A stretch of 64,000 nucleotides of DNA, from positions 285,010 through 349,009 of the forward strand of contig NW_002060960.1 of NCBI RefSeq assembly GCF_000150275.1, read 5' to 3'. Below, one piece after another: positions 11,732 through 46,338 of this stretch (within the stretch, counting starts at the first letter, position 1; every line of letters begins with the position of its first letter). The DNA comes from Trichoplax adhaerens (Eukaryota; Animalia; Placozoa). The notes under the pieces were generated by a model. It was not told the DNA's origin, ran no database searches, and saw only the letters and a program-made list of their open reading frames with translations. The position numbers were made by a program, and so were the translations under genes.

Positions 11732-13892
11732 TAGTAGAAGTAAACATGCTACCTGTAGTGTAATAATAGCTAAGTTTTAATACTAAAATATACTTTAAAT
11801 ATGTAGTGTACGAAGTGTTATATTACAGAAATAACCAATCTTGATATTTTTATATTAAGTTAGTATTGGAGACGATCTTTCGCACTTCAGATAGTGAGCA
11901 ATGATCGATGCATTTGTAATAGAAATAGCAAGAAATTGTAATTTTTAAAAGACTTTATTTTAGGATTATTATTTTCCATAGCCTAAATTTAAGCATTGGT
12001 GGCCATTATACAATGTTCGAAATTATACAACGTGTACATAGTATATCCTAACTATATGAAATATTAACGGTGGCCTTGATGACTGTATAACGCTAAAATA
12101 TCAGCATTTTTTATTATTTTAATCATTGTGAATAAAAACGTCGACTAGTTGATATTTTAAGTAAAATGTGTTTATTATCTTTCGTTGTATAAGAAGTTAC
12201 AAAAGGTAAAGACCAGGTTAATTTATCATGGAAATCGCGATTCATTAACACTAAAAGTTGTACAGCGATCGCAGCCAATTTAACGGTAAATGTGTAATAG
12301 ATGTATCTCAGCGTATGAGAAATGAAGTTGTAATAAATTCATTCGTAGTAATTTTTAATTGCAGGAAGTTCTAGAAAAGTGATAATTACACATTAGCTGT
12401 CAGCCATTACAAAATCTTTTTCTATCAATCAATTACCTTTCCGCTTTTGCTTGCAATATTTTGATTAGGATTTCTTCAATTATAACAAGTGTCAGGCGAC
12501 TAACCTAGCTAGGCTAAACTATAGGAAAATTATTATTTTAGAGAATTGAAAATCGATTTTAATAGTACCACTTATATTTCATCACTAGAATTTTCCAATA
12601 ATATTGTTATAATTTTTTTAACTGAATTAGTTATAATGGCTTTAAAACAGTAAGCAGGATTGGCCACGTTAGGAGACTTTTATTGTGTCCTCACTTTACA
12701 AGGTGATGACAAAGACAATCCCCCTTCATGTTTATTTATAAATCTCTATAGAATAGTTTAGGCTTGCATAATTAATTACTATATTATGCCAAAAGGATCC
12801 ATAAGCTACAATTATTGGTTCAAGGCTAATTACGTAAAATACTTTATGTCAAAAGTCTCTTGTATTTATCTAGAATTATCAAATAGCCATAAGACATAAT
12901 AACCTTATACCTTCTAGGCGTAATGCGTCATATTATGCCTCTTTAGTATAGATTGATATCTTAATACCGAGAAAATATTAAACAATTTCTATGCTAAAAC
13001 ATTGTATTGCTGTGGTTTATTTTTGATAGACTAAACTTCCTACTTCTAGTTCCAACTTCTTATTACAATAGACCTTATCGGCGGCTATCGTAGATAGAAA
13101 ATTCCCACCTTATTAATTAAACTTTTTTGACCCAGTGGGATGAGTTTTGATCGTTCTATCTAAACGGTTTAGTCAAGTGCTAACTAGAATTAAAGCAGCT
13201 GCGATTATTTTCATAATGGCTACAAGATCGTTGTACTTATAAGGATTTATAAGTATAAATACTTCCATCCTCCTTACAAAGTTGGTTTCGTCTTTTCAGC
13301 AGAGTAGATTACAGTTAATTCATAGGTTTGTTAATGTCAGTTAAGAAATGTACTGTAAATTTTCGTATATTACATCTACATAAACGTACAAGTTTAGATT
13401 AATTTAAGTGTAGCTTAATTAGGCATTACGAAGAAGAAATATTGCCCGTGTTGAAGTGTATTAATAATTCATAGACAGGATGTTTAATTCTCTCAGAATC
13501 TTTAAATGTAATGATTTTATTCTTTTTATTTATCTTCATGTTACTATTTTATCAGTAATGCTTGGTTCAGTAATTTTAATTACAATATAATGATTTTTTT
13601 ACACAATAATCGCAAGCGTACTATTTTTTACAGAAGCATGTAGGAAGGAGTAACGAAATTTTGTTGTTTATGATAGCACTTAGCTTTAGAAAAGCTTTAA
13701 AATGTTGATAAATCGAAAATTTGATTCCTAATTCTTCCAATATACTAGGGCATCCCTGATTAACATTTGACAAGCTCAAACCAGATTCTACTTTATTTTC
13801 ACTCGAGTAATGAAGCCGATAATTGTAAGAATCGGTGAACTATTTTTCAAAACTAAGATCTGCTAGATTCGAATAAGAATCATTTAGCTAAC

Positions 13893-16800
13893 ATGGCAGA
13901 TAATCAGCCTATAATAGCTAGCTCTGAAGAATCATCATCACTGGTAGACAAACTTTATTCGCCTAGTAATGTCTATGATCTTGAAGATCCCACTATTAAA
14001 ATCAATATTCGAAAAAGCAATGATGATAAAGTTCCTCTAAGAACAAAATTGGTAGTTTTATGCATTCTACTAACGGAATTTAGCGATTCTATAGCAATAA
14101 GTAGTGTAGCTGCCAATATAATATTATTTGCCAACACTCACCTAGGATTCACCAACCCGCAAGCGGTAACATTAAATTTTATCTTCACCGGTATTCGTTG
14201 TGCATTTCCGCTACTTGGTGGATGTGTTGCAGATGCTTTTCTTGGACAATATAACATGATGTATGCTGGCAGTTTAGCATACATTCTTGGTGTTATGGCT
14301 ATATTTTCAGTCACTATCCCATTTAGTGATCCTTTTTCCAATGGTGCAAAAATAGCCTTTTATTTACTAGGCTTATTCTTAGTTGCTGCAGGCAGTGGAG
14401 GTAAAGATTATGCTCATAAAGATCTATATCAAGCAATTCTATAATAATTATCATTAGAGATTTTATTCCTTGAGCCTCATCTCTAGAATGTCGAGAAATG
14501 AACGCTACTAAAATTAAACAGCGGTGTTGTTAATAATATATGTACTCAAAGAGAAAGTCTGATTCTATATTAATTATGCCACAGCTGTAGATTTGCAGCT
14601 ATGGCTAATTGATCGACCAATTGCATTTAGTTTTATATCTTTCGTCACTTAAATATCATATCTAGACACATTTGTAATGAAATTTTAAATAATTAGGGTC
14701 ATCGATTTCGGCTAAATTAATACTTATAGCTTGCATCTTACAACTATATTTTGAAGTATGAACTTGCTAACTCTTACTAATTTAATTTAAAACTTTACGT
14801 AAGTTATGTTCTAACATTTACTCTTTATGAGTAAAATTTTTACTGGCTACTGTATGCTTCCTAGTACTTATAGTATTAGATTCGTAACGGTATTCATATC
14901 TCATTGGTTACAATTTTGCTACATACTGGTAGTGCAATATAGGCTTATTATTATCATATAAGTATCCTTTATTTCTTAGCATTGATTAATTAATTTAGGA
15001 TATTATAATAGGCGATATAAATTAAGGATGGTAACTATACCCACAAAGCTGTTGTACTGCTTACTAAATCTGAAATTTGAATCTGGTTGTGATTTATTGA
15101 ATAGGAGTTAAATCAATTATAAGCCCATTTGGTGCAAGACAATTGGAAAATTGCAATCCTATCTATATTCAGCGATTTTTTGCTTGGTATTACTTTTTTA
15201 CCAACGTTGGGGCACTCATTTCCTTTACAGTAGTAGCTTATGTCCAGCAAAATGTAAGTTTTTTCTATGGATATATGATTCCTGCTATTGCTCTTGTAAT
15301 GGGTACTACTATATTCGCCTTGCCTCGAAACTATTATCGAAATTCTTATCCAAGTAAGCGCCTGTTGTCTAGTTCGAGATAAATTACCTTGTCTTGAAAT
15401 ATTTAAAGTGTAGTTGGCTCAATTGGATTAACTGGCATGTTGTAATTTGCTTTCTCTTTCGCATTGCAACAATTTGATATTTGTAGCCAAAGTACAGTAC
15501 TGCAATGTAATAGACTGCTATTGCTCTTACCTATTAGGTTAATCATAAAATGAATTTCGGAAATAACTCTACAAGTATGTTAAATTAAATTTATAGAGGG
15601 TTCGTTATTGGGAGATATCATTGGAATTACTTATCAAAGTTTCAAATCAAAATTTGGCTGCAAAACAGTGTTGGTTGACACAAATAATATAAAAAGTTTT
15701 TTTGACTACGCTAAAAAAGAAAATGGAGGGAAATTTGACGCTAGCATAGTAGAAAAAATAAAGCCTCTAGGACGCGTTGTACCTATCTTTTTACTAATCG
15801 TCTTATTTAGAATGATTTACTTCCAGGTAGAAATCCTAATATTACTTTCGGGTCTATTTGTGTTCATGTATTCTTTATTTGATTGGATCTATATTTAAAT
15901 TGATAGGACTTTCTTAACAACTACCGTGTAGCGTAATGTGATTTGATGCATACCATTTACTAAATGTTACTGTTGACCTTAACAACCAAAAGATGATAAC
16001 GACATGGTTTTTGCAAGGGGAATCTATGAATTTATATTTAGGCAAGCTTAAATTACCGGCGGCAGCGTTGACAACATTTGATATTATCGCTGTGTTGATT
16101 TTCATACCTGTTGTCAATTATGGTGTGTATCCTCTATATCAAAGAATTTTCGGCGTAGCCATTACCGCTACAGAGAATTGGTTAGAAATTATCTTGCTAA
16201 TAATCTTTTTTATAGAATTGGCGTACCTATTTTGTCAAAGTAAACAGATATGTATAAACGTGTATTACATCATTAATAGGGACCGGCATGGTATTTGCTT
16301 CTCTTGCAATGGTAGTGTCTCGAATTGTTGAGCGATACAGACTTATAGATGTTCATGAAAATCCTCTTCCTCAGATTATATCGGGCAAAGTTTTCAATGC
16401 ATCTGCCAATATTAGCATTCTAGCTCAAATACCGCAATTTGCGTTGATTGGATTAGGAGAAACTTTCACAAGTGTAACAGGTAGCGAAGATGCTTTATAC
16501 ATTTATTTTAGGCTCCTCTGCGATTGCATATGTACGGGTACAATATTTACTTATACCGTTTATATTTACCGTCATTTAATTTTGGCTGTATCAGGATTTG
16601 AATTTGCATATTCTGAAGCGCCAGAGGAGCTAAAAGGGATTATGACAGGACTCTACCTTTTGGCCATCGGTTTAGGTGGTTTTATAGGTCCTCTCGTGAT
16701 TACGATAATTAATGCTATAACCTACGATCCTAAAGTTGTAAATTCCAAGTGGATTCCTAAAAATACTAATAATGGTCACCTTGATTATTATTTTTATTTT

Positions 16801-17212
16801 TTAGCAGGTATTTCGTATAGTAGCGTCTTAATAAAATAATAAAATTTGGTTTTAAACATTGGTTAGGGTTAGATAGCGTTTGGATTGGTATTTTAGTAAA
16901 TATATGACAAGATAATCGGATACTTTATAAATGTGTAGAATTAGAAGAAGTCGATAAGTTCAATTGTAGTGTTTTCATTGGCCACCTGGAACTGTTACAC
17001 TAATTTGAATACTAATCATAATCTGTCAAATCAATTTTTTGTACTATACAGTCTTTATGTTGGTGAATTTTTTGGTGTACGTTATTATGACAAAGTTTTG
17101 GTATAAAAATGAAAGCTTTCCAGAAAATTGTGATCCGCGCACTAGTGGAAGACCGCCGGAAACTAATTTGCACAGCCTAGATAAAGAATCAGACTTTAAT
17201 GTAGATATTTAA
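13893..17212 (+). pseudogene. SLC15/POT transporter copy 2, with an apparent 2-nt frameshift in exon 4 (recent pseudogene or assembly error)
   Basis: Exons 13893-14400, 15105-15353, 15597-15826, 15993-16180, 16280-16480, 16595-16807, 17052-17212. Exons 2, 3, 5 and 6 equal copy 1 in length (249, 230, 201, 213); exon 4 is 188 nt versus 190 nt. Family identity is secure; pseudogene status is not. Confidence 0.6.
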
Positions 17213-17406
17213 TATGACTACGAAATACATAGCCTCTATTAATAATGAATCTTGAAATTTTTTTTATTTCATACTGACAAGTATCATATCTAATGTATGC
17301 TTCATATTGAATGTTTTATTGACTAAATTCATTGCAAGATTTTATGGATTAGATCTGATTTTAAAATTCTTGTAAAGGAATCTCTTCATCAGATATTAAT
17401 TGATGA

Positions 17407-17780
17407 TACGATGAGAGAAATTAGCATTGAGTTTCTGGGTTTGCTTTTGATATTCACAATAGTTCAATTTTAACAGTTATGAATTACGATATGATCTGTT
17501 ATTCAATACAAGTGCAGTAGGAATCAGGACTATCGTACAGTAGTACTGATTCACCACTCCATTGCAATTGTAATCTCGTGACAAAATATTTTATACAATG
17601 AGAGAAATTAGCATTGAGTTTCTGAGTTTGCATTGGATATTCACGATAGTACAATTTTAACAGTTATGAATTACGATATGATCTGTTATTCAATACAAGT
17701 ACTCTAGGTACAGATTACCGTACAGTAACACTGATTCACCACTCCATTGCATGTGCAATCTCGTGACAAAATATTTTATG
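17407..17780. repeat. Direct tandem duplication, period 187 bp
   Basis: atgagagaaattagcattgagtttctg... at 17411 and 17598; both copies end ctcgtgacaaaatattttat and are highly similar. Confidence 0.92.
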
Positions 17781-19608
17781 CGTTTAGACTGATACCAATT
17801 GCAATGACATGAAGAAGTAAAGTATTACAACTCACTACTGGTTGTTTTGTCTTGACTATTTCTTTTAAATTTACTCTGATTCTTGTCATTGCAATAATAC
17901 AGTATTACATGCTACAGGAGTTAAACGTTAACTATTCTATCTTGCAACGTGTATTTCGTAACTGCAATCTGGTTGATTTATTTAAGTTTTAGATTATTCA
18001 ATAGCGCGAGGAAACCGCGCATTCACATCTAGCTAGTGCTAAACATTTATGCAAATAATATGCAAATGATATTAGTTTGCTTTAACTGGATTATAAGGAT
18101 TTCGAGCAAGTTAAGAATGCCTTGAATCACTTAAATTCATCCATGTGTAATTTGTTACACCTTTTGTTTGTCTGCCAATTGAGATTGCGTTTTTTAAATG
18201 ACTCTATTCCGGAATGTAGCTGTGTAATGTAAATATACATAAATATCATTTTACTATTTGCTGATAAAATGAAAATATGCGTATGTCAAGTACCTGGATG
18301 AGAGCTAACATCGAATTTCGAATTGCATGCTAGGTAAAGATTTCTGCACGTAGGTGCATTTTATAGCGTGGATTTACAACGTATAGCTATACTCATTACT
18401 TTCTAGTAGGTGATTATTCTGATTTAAGGATACCATTACGAGGTATTGAAAGTCATGTTTTTCAAACTTTCCTATCATGTATTTTTGAACGTTAAAAATT
18501 AGATTGGTAAATAAAGTTTTATTTGGATCGCTTTGGCATGTTTACAGTACTTGTATTTGTTATTCTCTATCATCAGTGGATTTTCGATGGATTTCGTAGG
18601 AGGAACTAGTGATCGTTAAGCATATCGACGGATTGATCTAAGAATACTTTCTAGCATGGAAGAAGATTTGCACTACAAGTCGTGCCGCATAAAAGGGAAA
18701 ATTGATTGATATTCTGTATCCATTTTACGAGTATTGGTTGTAAAATGATTGCCTATTAATGCGTGATCAAACCTGCACTATTAATCGATGGAGAGCATTC
18801 AATATTAGCTCGTGCAAGCATAAGCAACTGTTTTCACTTGTTTCATGAATGCTGAGTCATGTCAATAAAGTATTGCAATTTATGTATAAATTCATCGTTG
18901 TAAACAAAATTCAATACGGCATTGATTGTTTGATCATGGCGGTATTTTTAGGGTATCTCTACCTCAGTATCTTCTCGCGATATTCGTATTTAGATCTGTT
19001 TATGTTCTAAACTTGTTTGCACTAGTCCAGTTTTGGTGTAGCCTAGAACTTGTACGATGCTGGTGTCCCCCATTTCTTTATTGTGAGCAGTGAACTCCTC
19101 TAGTAACTAATATCCTAATCCACACGGGGTACGAATACCGTAGGATAAAATCGCTCCAGTACGAATATTCATAGCCTATCTGTCTTGATCTATACCACTA
19201 CCTACAGTACATCAGCATATACATCTGCTTTTAAAAGCATTCTTGATCTACTCTTTCTCAGATGACATATCTCTCTCCTAGCAGCAACACCTGCTAATGT
19301 GTATTGGTGATGATTTAGTAAATCTACTTTTATCCTCTTGGTCAATCTACTGACATCCTTTCGACATGACTAAACTAAACTAAATAAATAACATTACAGA
19401 TGGAAAGGACGTACGTTACCGTAGCCTGCTGTACAGTGTACAGTACATTTGGTATACAGTACAATGTACCGTGTCAGGTTCACACTGTACAGTATACAGT
19501 ACTGTACTGTACTGTCGATACAATGTTGGCGTCACCCCTGACCTTGTTATTGTTGTGTTGTCATTTACTTTGTAGGGTCACCTACGATAGGATTGATACG
19601 CCTACTAC

Positions 19609-19925
19609 GATCGTCATCGTCTATTGTATGCAATTCCATTTGGGTTAGCGATTGCGTGCAGACTGGACGAAGTAGAAGTTCAAGCGCTAGTCTACTTTGA
19701 TCGTCATCGTCTAGTCTATGCAGTTCAATTTGTGTGCAGACTGGTCGAAGTAGAAGTGCTAGTCTACTTTGATCGTCATTTGGTCTAGCGATTGTGTGCT
19801 CACTGGACGTAGTATCACTTCAAGCGCTAGCTTGCTAAGATCGCCATCGTCTACTGTATGCAACTCCATTTGCTCTAGCGATTGTGCGCATACTGGACGT
19901 AGTATAACTTCAAGTGCTAGTCAGC
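19609..19925. repeat. Diverged 90-bp tandem repeat (~4 units) immediately upstream of ABCC1 copy 1
   Basis: gatcg(t/c)catcgtcta...actggacg(a/t)agta..ttcaag(c/t)gctag units at ~19609, 19699, 19771 and 19839. Confidence 0.85.
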
Positions 19926-20025
19926 TTATCTTGTCATTGGCGTCGCTGTTCTGACGGTTGAAGCTAAGAAACAGTTGACGTTCTCCTGTTGTCCTGGTTG
20001 CACTGCTGCTGGACGTCCATCCAAC

Positions 20026-32073
<12,048 letters not shown>

Positions 32074-35000
32074 ATATTAGGTTAATACAATAGCTTCTCA
32101 TAAAGTTTATTGATTATGTATTGGCGGTACAGCAGTTGATAAACTTTTTACTTAAAGTAACTAGTATTAGCAAGTTGTTGTAGCTACGGTCGTATTGAAG
32201 GCTCTTGCGTATTGTTTGAATGTCTGTTTGTTTGTTTGTTCCGGTTGCTTTCAGCCGGTAAATTTGATAAGTGATGGATAAATATCACAGCATACCGGCT
32301 TATGCCTAGCAACTGAAAAGGAATTTAAGCAAGTGTACCGTTGTATGCTATTTCACCACATATGCGATGATGCAAAATTCAAGGTTGCATATTGTATATT
32401 GCATCATAATATATTTGTTTATAATGATATTTTCAGTGATGATCTTTGGGTATATTGTGCTGTACAACTTACGAAATGTTATGATAAAAGCGCCTACCCA
32501 CGTTAGGGTCTCTTGTGTGATAGCAGAGTTGTATTTCTACGCGTATTTACGATGGATATTTATTCTACTTTGTTTGCAGTAAACGCTAGTGTATACAGTA
32601 TGTAAACTGAAGGTACTGGACAGTGTACAACGCTATGGCGGCGGCATACTGTACATTACTGTAAGTTAGACCTAACGCAAGTACAGGACAGTGCAGCGTA
32701 CTGTATAAATCAAAATACTATGTAAACAATCATTGATTCATGTACAGAGACAGTAATCCTAATCTGTACTGTATCAACTTTTAGTAATCACGATCAGTAA
32801 TCCAAATTTTGAATTCGAAGAATTAGATAAGCCAATGATAGGATGACCCTGCATATTAAATGAGAGTTTGTGTGAACTAGAGTGGACGTATTGAGTAGCA
32901 TTGGGCGGCAATAGCTAGGAATACATCCGTTAGCTCATCTCATCCAGATTTACGGGTTCAATAATACTGGTAGCATTCAGTTTAGCCCACTCAAGATTGG
33001 AGTTTTATTGATTTGTTCGTGCTATATACTGTAAGTATAGCTGCACATGCCAACGAAATTCCTGTCTAGCAGATTCAAGTTATTCACTTGAATTTTTTCT
33101 ACTTTAAGTTTAAAAGCATGTCGTGATTTTTAGCATACAGAGTCTGCAGGCATTGCGCTAATTTTAATTTGATCAACCCGATCTCGTTTATCCATGTGTA
33201 TTGCATTATCGCGCAATTCTGCATCTCATGACAACAGGACAAATGAATCCTTAATAAGGTACTGTCCTATACGTTGACACGATGAACATTTCTTATTTTA
33301 TTGTACAGAAAGTGTTTTAACAGACCACAGCGAAGACTTTGCACGAGTCCAGCTTGCTTTTTGAATCAAGTTGTTATTGTCCCTATCGACATCAAGGTGA
33401 GCTTGTCAACTGCAGGAAAGAATATAGAATTCTCCATCAAATCAATCCTTGCTATGCTAGCAGTGCAAAAACTACCAATTTACCATCGCTTGTATGCACG
33501 ACTGGTTAGATGGGGTGCAAACAGAATAGAAGCTACTATTCAATGATTCTAGCATATTACTTGCAGAGGAAAAGCATTGTTTTGTTGCTTTTGATGAGCA
33601 CAGTAGCATGTTGCAATAATTGTTTGTTTTGTTGTTGATGTTGACCTTGTTATTGTCTTTGATGACTAAAACTAATTCTAAACCATGAGTCGGCAAAAAG
33701 TTAATACCTGAGTCCACACACGTGATCGGAATCATAATCAACATGATCGTGGATTGTACTGTACACTGTACACTGTACCGTGCTGGATGGGGCGGTTGAT
33801 CTGGCTTGACGCCTGCGCCCTGCAGTCGCCAAGTCTAGTTTACGCTTTCGATGACGTAACAATTGTCCTGTTGTCAGGTCCAGCTACAGGTCACTCGCAT
33901 AGTCAAGCGTCATCTTCGCTGTACTGACTACAGTGCATTGTACTGGCCAATAACGCTTCAACCTCACCGTGACGCTTCATCTTTGCTGCACTTCAGCTGC
34001 TCGCTGGCTGCTTCAACTTCGTTGTCACCGGTCTGACATTTTTCCGCCATTGCAGAGAAAGAAAAAGCACTGGAAAATTCTTGTTTTGTAGGTAAAAATT
34101 ATGCTAGCAAAGAAGCCATAAATCAATTTTTTCTGTGTATGTTACAGTCGAAAAGAGAGCTAATTCGTCATGAGAGAGAGAGAGAGAGAAATGACCTTGG
34201 AAGCGAGTTGAATTGAAATTGATAGTGGCACTTGTACTGAATCGTGTTCACGCATTGCAAAGTAGAAAAAGTTTACAGTCGTAGGAGCGCTACCACTTGC
34301 CATCTTCACAGTATTTGTTCCTTTCTCATTTCCATGGCCAATGGCTCATCGTTCTACTCAGATTGAAAGGACACTAAAATGAATATCAGCCATCTCTTAG
34401 TCACTGAGGAAGAAATAGGCTTTGTAACTGTGATTTTACTGCACGGGTCTTCTTTTGTTCCGTGATCCCTATGGAAAGTCCAATGAACGATTGGATACAG
34501 TTTAGGTATAGGCTTTCTCGATGACGCCATTGAATCATTTTCAGGCGCGTTCTATTTCTAGGCCTTGTCGTTATGGTACTAATGTAGTTTTCAGGCCAAT
34601 CATGGCCAAAACAACTTAGGATATCAATACACACTCTCCTATCAGGGGAGTGGAAGTGTTATTGACGCCCTGCTAATTTAAACATGCTGCAATAGGATAC
34701 ACAACATGATAGCGAGTGCGAATTCAAATTAGATGGACACTTCGTCGACAGTAAGATTGATAGACACCCCTCAGAAAATGGTAATGATAATTCAATCGTA
34801 CAATTTTTCAAGTAGTCATGGCCGAATTGCCTGCAATCGTGGTTTTACTCCAGTATCCCAGTGCAAAGAAAGGGAAATACTGCAATGATTTAATGTTTGC
34901 CATCATCATCCATGCATGTGTAAAAAATCCTTCAAAGCGATATTTTGCCACTATTGTATCAGTAGTGGATAGTTCATAGACTACACAAAAAACGGGAAAC

Positions 35001-35444
35001 ACTACCATGGTTCCACATCTGTATACACATAGGTCGTAGAAGCTGCTATCATCATCGATGCATGTGCTAATGCCTTTCTAAGCGATGATCTATCTATTTT
35101 ACCACCATTGCATCGGTAGTGGACACTTAATACAGTACACTGATCAATACGGTAGCAAAAAAAAAGTTGATTAATGCAATGGTACGGTTTCAAACAGTCG
35201 CGGTCGAGTCATTTCAAAGAAAGGGAAACACTGCAATGATTCCTCTATTGGTCTTCATTAATTATCATGGATGAATGTGCTAATGTTCTTCTTGACGTTA
35301 ATATCTGATCACTGTTGCATCAGTTATTAAATCATAGCGATCGAGAAACGAATTCATTAATGATCTTGTGCGTTATTCTTTTTCTAGCAGCTGTCAATAT
35401 AAAGTAAGGGAATCAGTTCATTTAGATCCACCTTGAGTGTCACG

Positions 35445-46338
<10,894 letters not shown>

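Noticed and set aside
32800-34700. Short ORFs between the ABCC1 copies
   Set aside because: No coherent exon chain or homology; probably promoter/5'UTR region of copy 2.
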